Positions 24,441-37,056 of a stretch of 64,000 bases of DNA are shown here, piece by piece. Both the position numbers and the translations under genes were made by a program. Source of the stretch: Raillietiella orientalis (lineage: Eukaryota); the NCBI GenBank assembly GCA_036172245.1, contig JAYWIR010000039.1, forward strand, positions 1,922,001 through 1,986,000, read 5' to 3'. Below the pieces are notes generated by a model that worked only from the letters and a program-made list of their open reading frames with translations, searched no databases and was not told the DNA's origin. Numbering within the stretch: the stretch's first letter is position 1; every line of letters starts with the position of its first letter.

Positions 24441-25479
24441 TCTGCTGGTGTCTCGTTTTGGAAAGAAAAGTTCGCTGTGTACTTTGCATGAGCTTTCATG
24501 GAGCGGTGTCTGTTGCCATCAATGGTCTCCAAGGATAGGTGCGTTCAACAGCATGCAATCTGCGTAGTACTCATGCTGCGTGCTCATGCATGCGGACGAG
24601 GCAGTCTTGGAAGTCGAAAACAATTATTTTGTTTCCGAGATGTTGCGATGGCATGCGGGGTCATCAAAAGCTGAGGAAACCTCTTGGCTGGCGCGACAGG
24701 ATGAAGCCTACGGAAAGACTGGAGGTTCTTACCACACCATGTTTCCTTAGTGATGCTCCGAAGATTGTAGGACTTTGGTAATTCACGACTCTTCCAAGAC
24801 CCTCTTAGAATAGCAAAGAACAAGAAAGACTGCAAGACGGTGGAATAACGATACCAGGGTAAAATCATTATCATCAGAGAATTCTGTTCTGGAAACGGAG
24901 GAAAACACCCGGTGCAATCTAGGAAGAAGATCAGGGGACAAGCTTAGCTTTCCGTTTCTCCATTCCCTGCCTCCATTTATCCTCCTCGGTTACCTTGGAG
25001 AGCTGATCCTGCAGCAAACCCGCAGTATGCGGATCGTCCACACTCGGTTAAGGACACCAATGGTAGGTCCCAAATTCTCCTTGATGAAGACCTGCGAGAC
25101 ATGCAGACCGGAAGGCGCGTACACTGAAAGGTCGGACGGACGACAAGCCGCCGTATGGACGAGAATTCCCGAAAGACCCCTCGTTTCTTTCTGCCTTCCC
25201 TTCAGGCGAAAAGCGTCACAGAGATTCCCGACATCGTCGAAAAGGCTGACACCATGTTTGCGGGAACGGTGAAGTGAGCGAGGGACAAGGACGGTGGTTG
25301 TTCTTGTTGGAACCGCAATGCAGCGTCAGCGGGTCGCAGGTCACCATCCCTCTGGACGACAGGAAGAGCGAATCCGTCATGCAAATACCCTTACCCCGGA
25401 TTACGGGAGCCGTCACGGAAGGCTGGAAGATACGAGCCTCGCAGGAGGAAAAGAAAAAATGAGGACAAAAGTTAGGAAC

Positions 25480-26290
25480 AGGAAGCTCGTTTCTCTCCCA
25501 TTCCGCCATCGAAGTGGACGCGGGCAGGTACAGGGTTATCACGGCGACAGACTTCGATGGACAGCCGTCCCCGTTGCGACGCGACACCTGCCACCGCCTT
25601 TGCCAGCCCGGCAACCTCCGGCGTTGTCTTTGCGAGCACGCGAGTGGTATGCTCCGCGCATCCGCCACCGGCCCGACGCCCCCGTTGCCATGATCGCCGT
25701 ACTTCGTCAGGGACACCCCGTCGTTGTCGCAATTGGGCGCCACGGTCGCGAGAGCCCCGCGTACCAGTCCTCCTGTTCCTCCGCATTCCGCGCACCGCCA
25801 CCTTTCCCGCATGCCTGTATTGGACCACGAACGCGCTGACCTTCATTACGCTCACCTGGCAGCCTCCTCCAGCCTCGACACCTGAGGTGCGTTGACAATA
25901 TACGTACTGTTGGGAGCGATAATACGGTTGCACGTGAAAACCACTAGGATCCAACAGAAGGGAGCGAAAGGATGGAGCGACCAGTCTTCTGGCGCAACAT
26001 ACTTGTGCAGCAGACGCCGAATACGAAGGCGCACCTGCGCGCGAAGTGCCTTTGCGAATGACGCGGTCCCGGTGACAGAGAAGGAGGTGGTCCGAAGGTC
26101 TCCCACGAGGTATTTTTTATGCTGCAGGCGCACGATGGCCAGCAGCGAACCTGAGGGACAGGAAGGATACTCGTGACTGTGGTGAGACCGGCGCTCGGTG
26201 GCGAGGGTGTGAAACTTGCGAGGGCGGCTGCCTGACGATATTAGACATGGGGTGTGCGCCACAAGGGAAAGGGGAAGGGAGTCGAGATGC
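25480..26290 (-). pseudogene. Diverged CUB-domain gene paralog F (exons 1-5 remnant), frameshifted
   Basis: Exon 26003-26150: SLLAIVRLQ...(fs)...RCAFVFGVCCT. Exon 25815-25943: VVFTCNRIIAPNSTYIVNAP(fs)GGCQVSVMKVSAFVVQYR. Then NCDNDGVSLT...SIPLAC and VAVITLYL. Same exon order as gene B; exon lengths 148 and 129 are each one base off frame. Confidence 0.65.
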
Positions 26291-26559
26291 AGGGGACCAC
26301 CGACTGCCGGTACTTGCTGAGGATGCGGGGCGGGCTCCCGCCAAACGCCAAGCGACACTTTCTCTAGAGGAGGAGGCTGCCAGAGGGTTGTTGCGCGCGA
26401 AGCCACTGGGAGCGACGTGTGCCGACCGGGCAAAAAGGCGTGTGCCACTTTTCCTCTCTCTCAGCCCTGTATGCCACGTGAGCCGCTCCCGGAGGCGTGA
26501 CCTGTGAAAACTGCTTACGAGCAAACGAGTGTTCCTCAACGGAGGGAAACCTCATGCCC

Positions 26560-28370
26560 TCAGCTCCGTTTATCCGCCGTCCCGGATGACCGGAAAGCCA
26601 TACGATGGCCGAATTTCATGTGATGGACTCCGTGCAACTCTTGGGCGTGTCAGGGACGGCGAGCAGTAGCGCGCGCGCTTTCCCAAAGTCATCATTCCGA
26701 TGAGCGGTGTGGCTTTCCCGCTGCACGTCAACCAGCCTTCCCTCACTACCGTATGTTGCTGACACCGCCAATACATTTCTAAAGTCGAGGAGATTTCTCG
26801 AACCAACAATAGATAGCGTTGGACAGGTAAAAGCAAAAGAGGATGTGGCGCCCGCTTGCTTCCCAGAAGCTGCACCCAATTATCCAGTATTTTCGCATCT
26901 CGAAAGGGCCGCGTGTCGGTAGCTGCTTGTGACCACAAGGTGCATCCCCAGAAAGGGTGCATTTCGCTGTGGCCACGCTGCTCAATAGCAAGCGCCCCAC
27001 GCGATGGAAGAAGCAACACTCCGCGGTTGCGAAACTCGCGAAACTCTTCAGTAGCCGAAGCTATGGCAGCGGGAGGGAAAAGCAGTTTAGAACGGGAGAG
27101 TCAACCCGGGGATGCAAGTCCGATCAGAGAGATGCTGTGCGTTGCACGCGGACGCAGCAGGAGATCTGGGTCGATGACCCATCCTACCTGGAAGAGCGCT
27201 ACGACGCCAACGGACCTCGCGAGTTTCCCACGGGCGAATTTTTGCCAAGTGTGGCCACCGAACCACGAGCCACAAAGCAGGCTTCCGAATTGCGAAGCTG
27301 CCCTGTCCCTTCGACGCCAATCCTCCACGCACAGCAACTGCCACGGCGCTCTAGCGTTGCCCTCTCGACCCATTCGCCGCGTCCTGTTCCCTCGCTTTCC
27401 AGAGTCCGTCACCCTGAGCCCTGAACCAGAGTGTTTCGCTAGAGGGCGCAATCGACCCTCTGTGCCAGTGGGTCGGTGAAGAGAACCATCAGCGCGGAGT
27501 TCAAGAAGTTTTGCGAGTTGCCTTTGTAAGGCTGTCGGCGCGAACTGGCCAAGGCAGAAGCACCTCGGGCAGAGCGAGCGCGTCTTTCCGAGATCGCGGG
27601 TTCGCTTTCGGGCGACCACATCCACTTCATTTCCCTTGCTCCGAAAGCGGCGGAACCGGTGGCCACTGCGTGAGCACCGCCATCAGACATCCGCGCGTGG
27701 GAGTGCAATCCTCGCTGCACAGTTTCCGGACTCCTGATTCAGCTCTCTCTGCCTGCGAGCATCGAAAATCGGGGTGCCTCCCTAAGTCCGATCTTCCTAA
27801 CGTGGAGATGCTACCGTCCATATGCAGTGCTCGGATTTTCGATTACTTCCTGCACATTCTGTCTCGCCGAGCAGGAGTCCCTTAGGCTCTCGGCGGCATT
27901 TCCTCAGTGTGGGGAAGGCATTGCGAGATGGAAGGGAAGTCCCCTCGAGTTTCTCGGGTTGATCCCGTCCATCAGTGCTTTTCTTTTCGATTCACGCCAT
28001 CTGTTGAAGTCATCTGCATCGTGCCGGAGGGAGTCTCCAGACTCTTCCTTTCTGCGTTTATCCGTTCCTCCTAGAAGCCCGCTATGACCAGCGCGCTTGG
28101 GAGCACCTTAAGCAGCGGAAAAGTCTCGCGCGACGCATACTCGAGTTCGCGCCAAAGAAGAGGCTAAACATAGTCCTCAAAGTGCGACTGCTCTTCGTGG
28201 CGCTGCTCCTCCCCGATGGCTTCGCTGCCTATTGGGCTGTCCCAAACCGCAGTGAGCATCGCCGCAACGCGTTTTTTTTGTCCCGAAGGTCCCTGGAAGT
28301 CCTTTCGTCGAAACTCGCGACCCCTGCGGTCACGCCGTTTTTGAATCCTGGAAGTTAGGAACGCACGCAT
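26560..28370 (-). mobile_element. 5' part of a Tx1/L1-like element (ORF1 with zinc-knuckle remnant, start of endonuclease)
   Basis: LCPRCFCLGQFAP (degenerate C-x2-C-x4-H) followed by LSIVGSRNLLDFRNV...DVQRESH (APE N-terminus / QETH-like). Confidence 0.45.
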
Positions 28371-29340
28371 AATCACTACGGTCCTCTACCGCACGAATGA
28401 AGCGCGCCTAACAGTTCGCCCCTCGTACAACCCTTTGAACGGTCCCTCCGCGCTAGTCAGAGGTGCGCACCTGGAGCGTGCGTTGCGCACATGCGAAAGA
28501 GTGCGCTCTACCATAAAAATGCATCGTCAGCCTCTCCCGACTCCTTTCCTGCCTCCACCGCTTGCCAGGGATTCTCGCATGGGAGTTTCAGCAGCTGTCG
28601 GGCTCCTCCCGAGAACCTCATCCCGCAGTGACGCATCTACAGACGGCGGCCGCGCATGTCAGACTCGTGATCAACAAGGCAGCTCGACAGCAGCGTTCCG
28701 GCAGCACGGCAGCACAAGACGCCCTTGGTTTCGGAAACGCAGACGACGGCATGTACCTCACGGGGCGGTGGTGATGCTATTTCCAGCACCCCCCGGATGA
28801 TCCCTGGTTTCGTGTAACCGCATGTGGATTTCGCCGCAGCGATCGCTCGTTGTCTGGCACGCGCACCCGCTCGCTCGTGCAACCCTTCGTTTCGGAACGC
28901 TAACCAGGGAACGATTTGAGACTGCTGAGGGTAACCGAGCGCCGTCAGATTCGACCCTTACGAGTCCTCGTCAGCAGCAGCAGGCTCCGATCTCACGTGC
29001 GGAAGGACATCTCACTTGCGTGGGAGAAGGAGCGCATTGCACGGTTGCGAGAGGGCGCGAGGACGAGCGCATTAAATGGAGGTGCTGGTTATCTTGCGAA
29101 GGTTGCAGGTGTCACCACGCGAGACCACGGTCCCCGGAAGAAGGCATCTCCATCATCTGCTCGAGCTGCTGCCGTCGTGAATGCTCGCAGCCGGCTTCGC
29201 TGATGCGAAGGAGCGAACAGAAGCACCAAGAGCGTGTGATGAAACCGTAACGGTCAGGTTTTTTACGGCCAACGCCGTCCACGTGCTTGGAGCGTGCAAT
29301 TATTCCGTCTCCGCGGAGTTCGTTCCCCGTCCCTGCCGAA
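28370..29340 (+). pseudogene. Probable highly diverged CUB-domain paralog G (exons 4-7 remnant)
   Basis: A 120-nt phase-1 exon at 28629-28748 (THLQTAAAHVRLVINKAARQQRSGS) resembles exon 5 of gene B (YVRMDAATTGVALVITVAA...RSWS). A 38-nt GC-AG intron follows, then APPG* (cf. APIGC) and a terminal VTVRFFTANAV...PRPC. Confidence 0.35.
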
Positions 29341-29749
29341 ATTTCGGCTATACGTCGTTGTTTTGGGTGCGTTTCGCTGCGACGCGCGTCCAGAAGATGC
29401 CTTCGGATCCCTAACAACGGTCAGTACGACGGACAGACGGAGAGTACACGCTATCGCCCGAGACAAAGGGAACGAAGAAAATGCGGACGGTTTCGACTGG
29501 AGATGGTCCGCTTCGTGAAATTGGACAACCGCGAACCTTCGGCTGCCACCCCCACCAGTCAGCAGCCATGTAGCCCCCATCCTGCGTCGTGGAATCTGTG
29601 CGTGGGACTGTGAGGAGGAACGAGAGTGTGCGAGTTGGAGAAACGTGACAGCTGCATCCCCATCCATCCTATTTCGTTTCCTGCTTTTCTCAACGTCCTT
29701 GCCACGGCAAGTGCCGCGGAAGCCCCGTCGCGCGCCGAGGGGACGTCCT

Positions 29750-31300
29750 GCGTTTCGCACTGCCCCATGCATCGGTGACACTCACATTGGGAAGCGCGAG
29801 CAAACTTCTCTCTGGAAGTATCCAAGGATCATTGAGAGACTGCTTAAGAGGGGACAACAAAGAAGCGCTCAACGCCGGGATGAGTCTCCTCCTCCCTGGT
29901 CGCCCTGCATTTCGAGTCGAAAGAAGCGCACGGCTCCATTCGTTGCCTGCGAGGAAACTTACCGCTGCGAAAGAATGCGGATAGGTGGGCTGCTGCGACC
30001 GTTGCAATGGAGCACGGAAGGAATTCGTTCTTGGGCGGACTTGGGACTCGTCACTCAAGGAGGCGCGGGTCCGTGCGCGTGAGTAACTGCGAATCGCCGT
30101 CAGCAGTGCATGTGACGAGTCACCACCTATCTGTTCTCGTGTAGGCGAAATTTGTGAAACAGGGCGATCACATGGGCTCCTGAGACCCGGTTCTAGCGGC
30201 ATTCGGAACCGGGAGAGTCGCTCCTGCGAGACCCGCGTGCTGAGCACCGCCTCGACCTCGAATGCTGAAGACCTGCTCCTGCGGAGTTCGTCAAAGTTCC
30301 GTGCGGCAAGCAGATCGGGGAAGGAAGTGGGGTGCGACTCTTGCTCATCCCGTTCCCAGGAGGAAGGTTTGAACGAGCGCGACCTACCGGGACTTGCTTT
30401 CTTTGCAAGAGTGCTGTGAAAGCATCGTGAAAGCATCTTTCGGTTTTCAACTCATCGCAATCCGTGAAAGTGCCTGGTGAGGAATGTGTCGTGGCGAATC
30501 CCCGATTCTGACAGCTCGCAGCGGGGATCGATCACAGCGAAGTGCACCCGCAAAACTCACAAGCGCTATTGAGCCATGTTGAGCGTTGCAAACAGCAGCT
30601 GCCGCTGCGACCACGATCTCGTAAGATGCAAAGTGGGATGGATGAACGATTGAGCCTATGATGGATGGTAGTGACTCAAGCCATCCGCATGAGTGAAGGG
30701 AGGTGCCGCGTCAACTGCCTGACATGCAGGAAGAGCCAACAACATGCATCCTTGCGGCAGAATTTCTTTTTTGTTTCCTCATTCGAAAACCCACGTTTCC
30801 TCAGCTACTCTGCGTTCGGTCTTCCTCTTTGGCGAATTCGGAAACTCACCACTGGCAGCAAATTTATTCTGCTGGAGCAATCCTTTCTAAAAAGAGTGAA
30901 ATGAGTGCAATCGCCTCTGCGAACTATGGTTCATGGCTCGGGACAGCATCTTCAGCAAAGATTGTCACTTTGACGCGTATACTTCAGTTTTGAAGCAACT
31001 GAAGATTTGATCTTCGTGCATCCCACTCTCTTTGCTCCGATCGATCATCGTGGTTCACTTGGGACCTGTTAGGGGTGACGCCCACACATCGTAACTAGGA
31101 AGCGTTTCCTTCGGCACCATCCTGTTGAGTTCATCCCTTGAGCGCGCATTCACGAAGGCAATGGGCCGTTTTGGGGGAACCGGAAGCGCGTCACAGACCT
31201 GACGAGCTCCCAGCCGCCTTCAGTAGGAAAGGGCTGCCAAATGGAAGCCAGCCCTTCGTCCGCTGGATGTGGATCGGCCGTTAAGAAGGGAGGGCGTTTC
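29750..31300 (-). mobile_element. Decayed L1/Tx1 ORF2 fragment (endonuclease C-terminal part + linker)
   Basis: LPSYDVWASP..TT (D.WR..HP...T-like) and NEWSRALLSTRNAGRPGRRRL (E...AL......KSPG.DGL-like) in the expected order. Confidence 0.45.
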
Positions 31301-31668
31301 CACAAAGCCTTTTTTGTTTTTTATTTCGTGCCTGTTCATTGTCTGGTTGGACATAGTCCGTGAGAAGCTGTGGTTACGGGTAATGCAGCCTCGTCCGTTC
31401 AATCGAGTTTCAAAGAGTGGGGACAACCTCCACTTATGACCATCTTCGTATTGTTTTCCTGGGATCAAAGAGAGACCCTGAAGTAGGAAAGCGATACTGG
31501 AATTGGAAAATTAGTAGATTTTTGAAGGCTATTAAGGACTCGAGTGGAATGCGCATAGCACTGGAGGCACCTTAGGCGAAGATCATGTTCAGCATGTAGG
31601 AAACGCGAATGGACGGGAGTCGGGTTCTCTGTTGACAGAAGGCAAAATACATGGAGACATCGAATCGA

Positions 31669-34600
31669 GCGGACAAGAAAGAGATTCTTCGTGCTGACCG
31701 AGGCGCGAGCCAAATCCAAATTCCTCTGCACGAATCGCGATAAGAGGGGGGCGTTGATTCGAGTGGTGGAGTGCTTCCACGTAATCAGACTTGCTGACAC
31801 GCATAGGCTGGTCATCAGGAAGCCCACCCGGCGAAATCGGCTCTGTGGACCACTGAACGTTGACGAGTATACACAGTTCTGCAATGCATTGATGTGTCGG
31901 TGCCAAAGGTCCTGGATCAACATCGTGAAAACATTTTCGCTGCTGAAAAGAAAAAAAATATATTTCTCTTGGAGAAGGCTGGGATTTTTCGTTTTTCACA
32001 AGCATGAACGAAATGCGAGGACGGTTGCTGCAACTTAGTGTGGTCGTTTTCCGATAGGCGGGTGGAGGCTGCTCCGGAAGACAAAAAATTACCAACGTCG
32101 TCATCCATTTACGAGTGGGCGACCTAGTAGTTTGCCCCATCGGCGGTGAGGTTACCGCGTATGCATGCTGTCCCACAGCGGCAACGAATTGCGACCATCG
32201 CAAACGCCTAACACGGAGGAATGGGATAACAAAACCAGGGTGTCGGAGTGACCAGGAGCTCTGCTGACCTGCGTTAATTCTCGCAAGGCGTGGAGGTCTC
32301 CTCTTCGTTAGAAAATCGGCACACTTTCATGACGTCGAAATTGAACCGATAAGGAACGACAAGGATCTCAGTGGACTGCAGCGGGGGACACAAGGCAAAA
32401 GAGAAAGACAAAAAAGACAGGAATGCAAAAGGATTGAGCTTCGAATTCGAGCCACAATAGGTGCGTTGAAAGATCGTTTGTCAAAGGCAGAACAAGAGCA
32501 ACATCGCGTGATGTCTGGGTGCATTGGAATCTTCCATTTGCTTCAACGTGTGATGGGCTGACAATTTCAAGGTTTACATGCTATTTCTTCACCATCAGAA
32601 TCGGCACAGCAAGAAAACTGAGTGTTCGGTGTTCATCATCGCGAAGGTGGAAAATTGCAAATGTGATTCGGACCGCTCAAAGGGATGAAGGGAGCGAATT
32701 TGAAAGCTGCGAAAAAAGGAGAAGCGGTTGCCTGTGAAAGTATCCAAAAGGAAAAGAAGAAGAGAAAGAGGAAGTGCAGAAACACATGTGGAATGCGTCA
32801 GCACGACGTTTTCACAGCTTCTGATGCTGCACGCGTATACGGCCATCGAAATGCCTATCGATGCGAAATCAAAAATCGTACGCCGAAATCGAAAGCTCCC
32901 CTCGAATGCACGGGAATCCCTGCAAGGGGGGTCGTTGAAGCAGCTTTCCTGGCGATTCGGTTACAGCACTGAGAACACCTCGAATGCCGTTCACAAATGA
33001 GCACCCATCGAGTCTTTCAGTTGTTATGTCGCTCCTTAACGCCGCCCTCCATGGACTGCCTCGGACGTCCTTCTCGAGAATGCTTTGAAGTGCACGTCTC
33101 CCATGGCAAGTGGAGTGCAGTGGAAGTTGGTTACGTCGAAGGTGAAGTTGCCTTGAGGGAAAGCAGTGCCGTAGCTGGGATGGTGCAGTTCGTATCTCTA
33201 TATATGAGAAAGGATTTGGGATTCACAAATGACAAGACGAGCGCCGATTGCAGACGGTACGGCCGTTGAACATCTGAGAATCGCCGCAGTGCCTCAGACA
33301 TGGTAACTCGAAAGAAGAGCGGACATTACTGAAGAGTCGCCTGAGAGCAGAGTTGATGGCGGTAGCAATTGCTATGCGAAAGGGGGAACATTTCGGGTGA
33401 CGGTTTTGTTTGGTGCCAACAGATATAGACGAACCAATACTTTTTCCAGGGACGCGTGTGTGTGTCACCCTATATAGCACTTCTCATTCGAATTGGCTGT
33501 CGAAAACAAAGAAAAAGTGAGGTCGATCGTATGATGCCGTCGAAGAACAGTCTGGAGATCCTTAGAAATCTCAAAAAAAGGTTTCCGCACTCAAGAATGG
33601 TGGGAACCATTTCTAGCAGTCCACCTTAACGAGTCGTTCCGAAGGATCAGTGAGATGTGAATCGAATGAAATGCCTATTTGTAACACATGGTCTGCATCT
33701 AGAAAACTAATGGGTTCTTCCACGTGCTGACTCATGGTACGGGCATGAAGAAACTGCAACATATGCTTGGCTTTTTCGAGGAATGGCAGTGGGGTTATAC
33801 GAAACGGAAAAGGAGGAGGACGTTCTACAGCCCCTTCCTCCAAGAACGAAGAAAGGAAGAGGGACTTCTAGGCAGGCTGCAGCTTTCTTCGTTTGGTATG
33901 AGGACGGAGCTACGCATTGCGCGACACCTCAACTCTGCGGGTCAGATATTCGTGCAATGACCCCTGTAAAATGCAGTAAATCGATGTGCAAACATGATCC
34001 TGGCAGAAGACTCAAGTTCAGCTACCGGGTCGTCATTTCGTTAGCTACAAATGATGACATCTCAAGTAATCCAGTCCGTTCTCATCCCTTTCTGTGGTTA
34101 TACAAGAAATGGAGCAAGTCAGAACGGAATACCAGACCCGTGCAATTTCCAAACGCCAATGTCTTAGGTTTCAGGTTTGCCACTCACATCGCCCTCTGAC
34201 CTCTTTCGGTCGTTTCCCCTCGCTTCCCGCTTTTTAATTGACTTTTGGTGTTCACGGAAGTTCAAGGGATTGTACAAAGCTATCGAACCTTCGGCGGGGG
34301 GGCGTAACGAAAACGTGGCGGCCTCCCGTCCTACTAAATGCGAGTTTCTACTCTTCCCCGGTGAAAGTGTCCCCGCGAGCAAAGATTCAGCTGTTGGACT
34401 ATCTCCCATGCCAGGTGCATCGACCGCAATTCTCACCCGACCTCGCGAAGAACTCTGACCAATGGCATCCATGCTTCCTCCTAGTTGACATCCAGAGACA
34501 CTGGAAGATCGCTGCTAAACAAAGGCTTCTTCTCATATTGCAAAAACGAAGACAAAGTATTCTAAACATGCACTTGACCTCATCCTATTCCGTTCCTGAA

Positions 34601-34945
34601 GCCAAAAAAGATTCCTTTTTTTTAAACAAAATTCTCTATTTGAAGAGAGCATTCCTCGCCACGGGAGCACCACTATGAGAGGTTGTCGTCACAGCTGCTC
34701 AGAATACGACAAGAATCCAAAGGATCCGCATATCTCTCGAGATGTCTCCCTGGATGGCAGGAATCTTCTTCTTGTTGGTCTTGCCGGGCGAAGCAGCAAA
34801 CACTATCTCAAGACACCAATCTCGTTAGTAACGAATCTGCCCGCAGACCGCTGCGTGTTTTCGCTTGAAGCCATGTGAAACGCACACGCATCCATGCACA
34901 CATCTACCTACCTGCCCTCCCAACCACGCGGTCACAGTCACCCAA
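31669..34945 (+). repeat. 3.3-kb direct segmental duplication, copy 1 (copy 2 = 45311-48587, offset 13642)
   Basis: ORF-track translations recur at a constant +13642 offset with only a handful of substitutions. Diverged homology extends to about 31340 on the left and about 35100 on the right. Confidence 0.97.
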
Positions 34946-36934
34946 AATCAACATCAACACACACATTGACAACTGCCACACCAAACGAATCGACTTGGGA
35001 GAGCTGCAGTGGCACACAAACCAAGAAAAGAAAAAAAAAGAACGAAAGACATAGGAGCCGAACACCTCTGAGATGTCCTTCTTCCCGAGTGTACCTTGCT
35101 TTCCACTTGTTTCTCCCCGATCCTTCCCTCTGCATGCGGGAAACGTATGACCAACTCATTCGGCGATCGAAACCATTCCTGTTGAAAGCATCCCTGAAAG
35201 CACACCAACTGAATGCGTGCAATTGCAAATTCGCAGACAGTGTGAAGCGATGCCACCAAATGACAATTTCTTCGACGGGCACGATTTTCGTGGCAAACGC
35301 AAATGGACTTTCGGCATCACGAGAGAGTACTCATCATTTCGTCATTCTCTTCAGGATCACTGATGAATGTAGTGCGGATACAAAACTCGCCTTGCTTCGC
35401 GAACTCGCGCAACGGGACGTGCCTTACTGCAGGAGAGTGCAGGAATGCCGGCGGTATGAGGAATGGGCAATGTGCCCTGGGAATCGGCGTATGCTGCATA
35501 GGTAAGCCACGAAATGATCACATATGGAAAATGGTCAAACTTCCAAAGTGATACTTGGATGCGGGCGAAGTGCAAGAGTAAACAATACCTACTTCGAGAA
35601 CACGACGGACATCCTGACGACCGGAGGGACATGCCAAGCGTCGGTCCAGAAACTGAGCTCGCGTATCCAGCAATTCAGGTGAGAAAGGGGGAACTGTTCG
35701 AACCCATAGGGGGATCTCTGAGCAAAGGATGACCTTATGGATTCGGTTCCATTCAAATGTTGAGTACCGAGCTGAAAGAGCTCGTAGGCAACTCTATGAG
35801 GCCTGAATCCGCTGCGTAATGGAGAAGGACGCGAGTCTCGCTCGTTGGGAACGAGCTGCTCGTCTTCTCACAGCGGGAGGGAGCGCACAGATCCTGGAAT
35901 GGTTGCCCCTCACTATCGAATCAAGATGGTGTTCAGTGCTTGAGAGGTTTGGTAGATGTGAGCAGCAACTTATCCTTGGATATTCGTTTCACCCTCGATG
36001 GTTCCCAACTGTCAGCCAAATGCGGCTGTGCCGATGACCTGCTCAACTCCTGGCATGACTTTTGAGGTGAAGGAGCCAAATTGCGGTTTCGCCTGAGACC
36101 CCTCCCGGCAACACGATCCGAAAGGCCGTCCACCGATGACGGTCAGCCGACACAGTGGAAAACACGAACGTTTAGGCGGTTGGGGAAATCGTGTCCACGG
36201 GAAGCACGTCCAGTTACATGCCATGTCAGGGACTTTTCCTCTGCAGGTTCATGACCGGCCTCATGCTGTAGGGCGAAGTGCTACTTGAGGATACTGTTGC
36301 GTGCCGCAACAGCTTCCGTGGAGGTACGCATGCTGGAAAGGAATTTTTCCACTCAAGTGGAAGGACAGTGCATAAATGGGAGTCTTCGTGCAGTTCTGCT
36401 CCTGTGAGAATCGCGCACGAACGTCCCTGAAATTTGAGCCGGCAAAACGCGAAAATGAAGGATAAGTTGAGCTCCAGCACAGAAATACTCGTACTTGGGA
36501 ACCATAGGGAAACAGAACACGTGTAAAGGAAAGCAAGTGCAAAGGGAAGCACATACTGCGGCGGAAGACACCGCAGGAGGCTTTTTTCTGGGAGAAACGT
36601 TGCGTGCTCTAAGAACAGTCACTCTCAGGAGCTGCCTGAAGGGTTCCCGGCTGATCGCATTTCTTCCTCACGAAATTCCCTCTCGCACCCGCTCTGTGGG
36701 CTTCCTGCTATGTTGTCGAAGGCTACTCCACGGTGGCAAAGAAGGGGCTCAGAGGAGAAATCGTTTCTCAAGCACCTGTGAATTTCAGGATCGAACTACA
36801 GCCACTGACTCTTCGATCAGCAGTCGCTGCAACCGGGCAGTGCGACCCGGATTCGCTGGTGATAACGCCCATGGGCAGCGGATCTTTTCAGAGCATCCCA
36901 TCGTCGATTTGCGGACCGAATCCGAACAATCACC
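34742..36934 (+). pseudogene. CUB-domain gene copy A: 5' half only (exons 1-4), own signal-peptide exon
   Basis: Exon 1 34742-34823 MSPWMAGIFFLLVLPGEAANTISRHQS; exon 2 35355-35501 (NSPC...NGTCLTAGEC...GQCALGIGVCCI); exon 3 from 36619; exon 4 to 36934 (GQCDPDSL...ICGPNPNNH). No exons 5-7 downstream on this strand. Confidence 0.8.
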
Positions 36935-37056
36935 GTAAGTAACTCTTTTCGACACCGGAAAGTGGCAATAAGCAGCACGTCCCCTATTCGTGGGAGACCG
37001 TAATCATAACATGCCGCTGAATGCACTACGCCTTCCAAACAGCGCCGCCAATCTTT
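34991..37056 (+). repeat. 2.07-kb inverted repeat, left arm (right arm = 39397-41462)
   Basis: Positions map as x to 76453-x. All ORF translations are mirrored identically and no difference was found in the stretches compared by eye. Confidence 0.97.
35560..36550 (+). mobile_element. Decayed L1/Tx1 RT remnant inside intron 2 of the CUB gene (also in copies B and C)
   Basis: Ordered degenerate RT motifs: LLREHDGHPDDRRDMPSV...PYGF, ILEWLPLTIESRWCSV, CADDLL (YADD-like), EGAKL. Confidence 0.4.

Noticed and set aside
25480..26450. APE endonuclease reading of the minus-strand ORFs (YLVGDL, VSRLE, YGDH)
   Set aside because: The same bases are better explained as CUB-gene exons with matching splice sites and the FGVCC / NSTY motifs.
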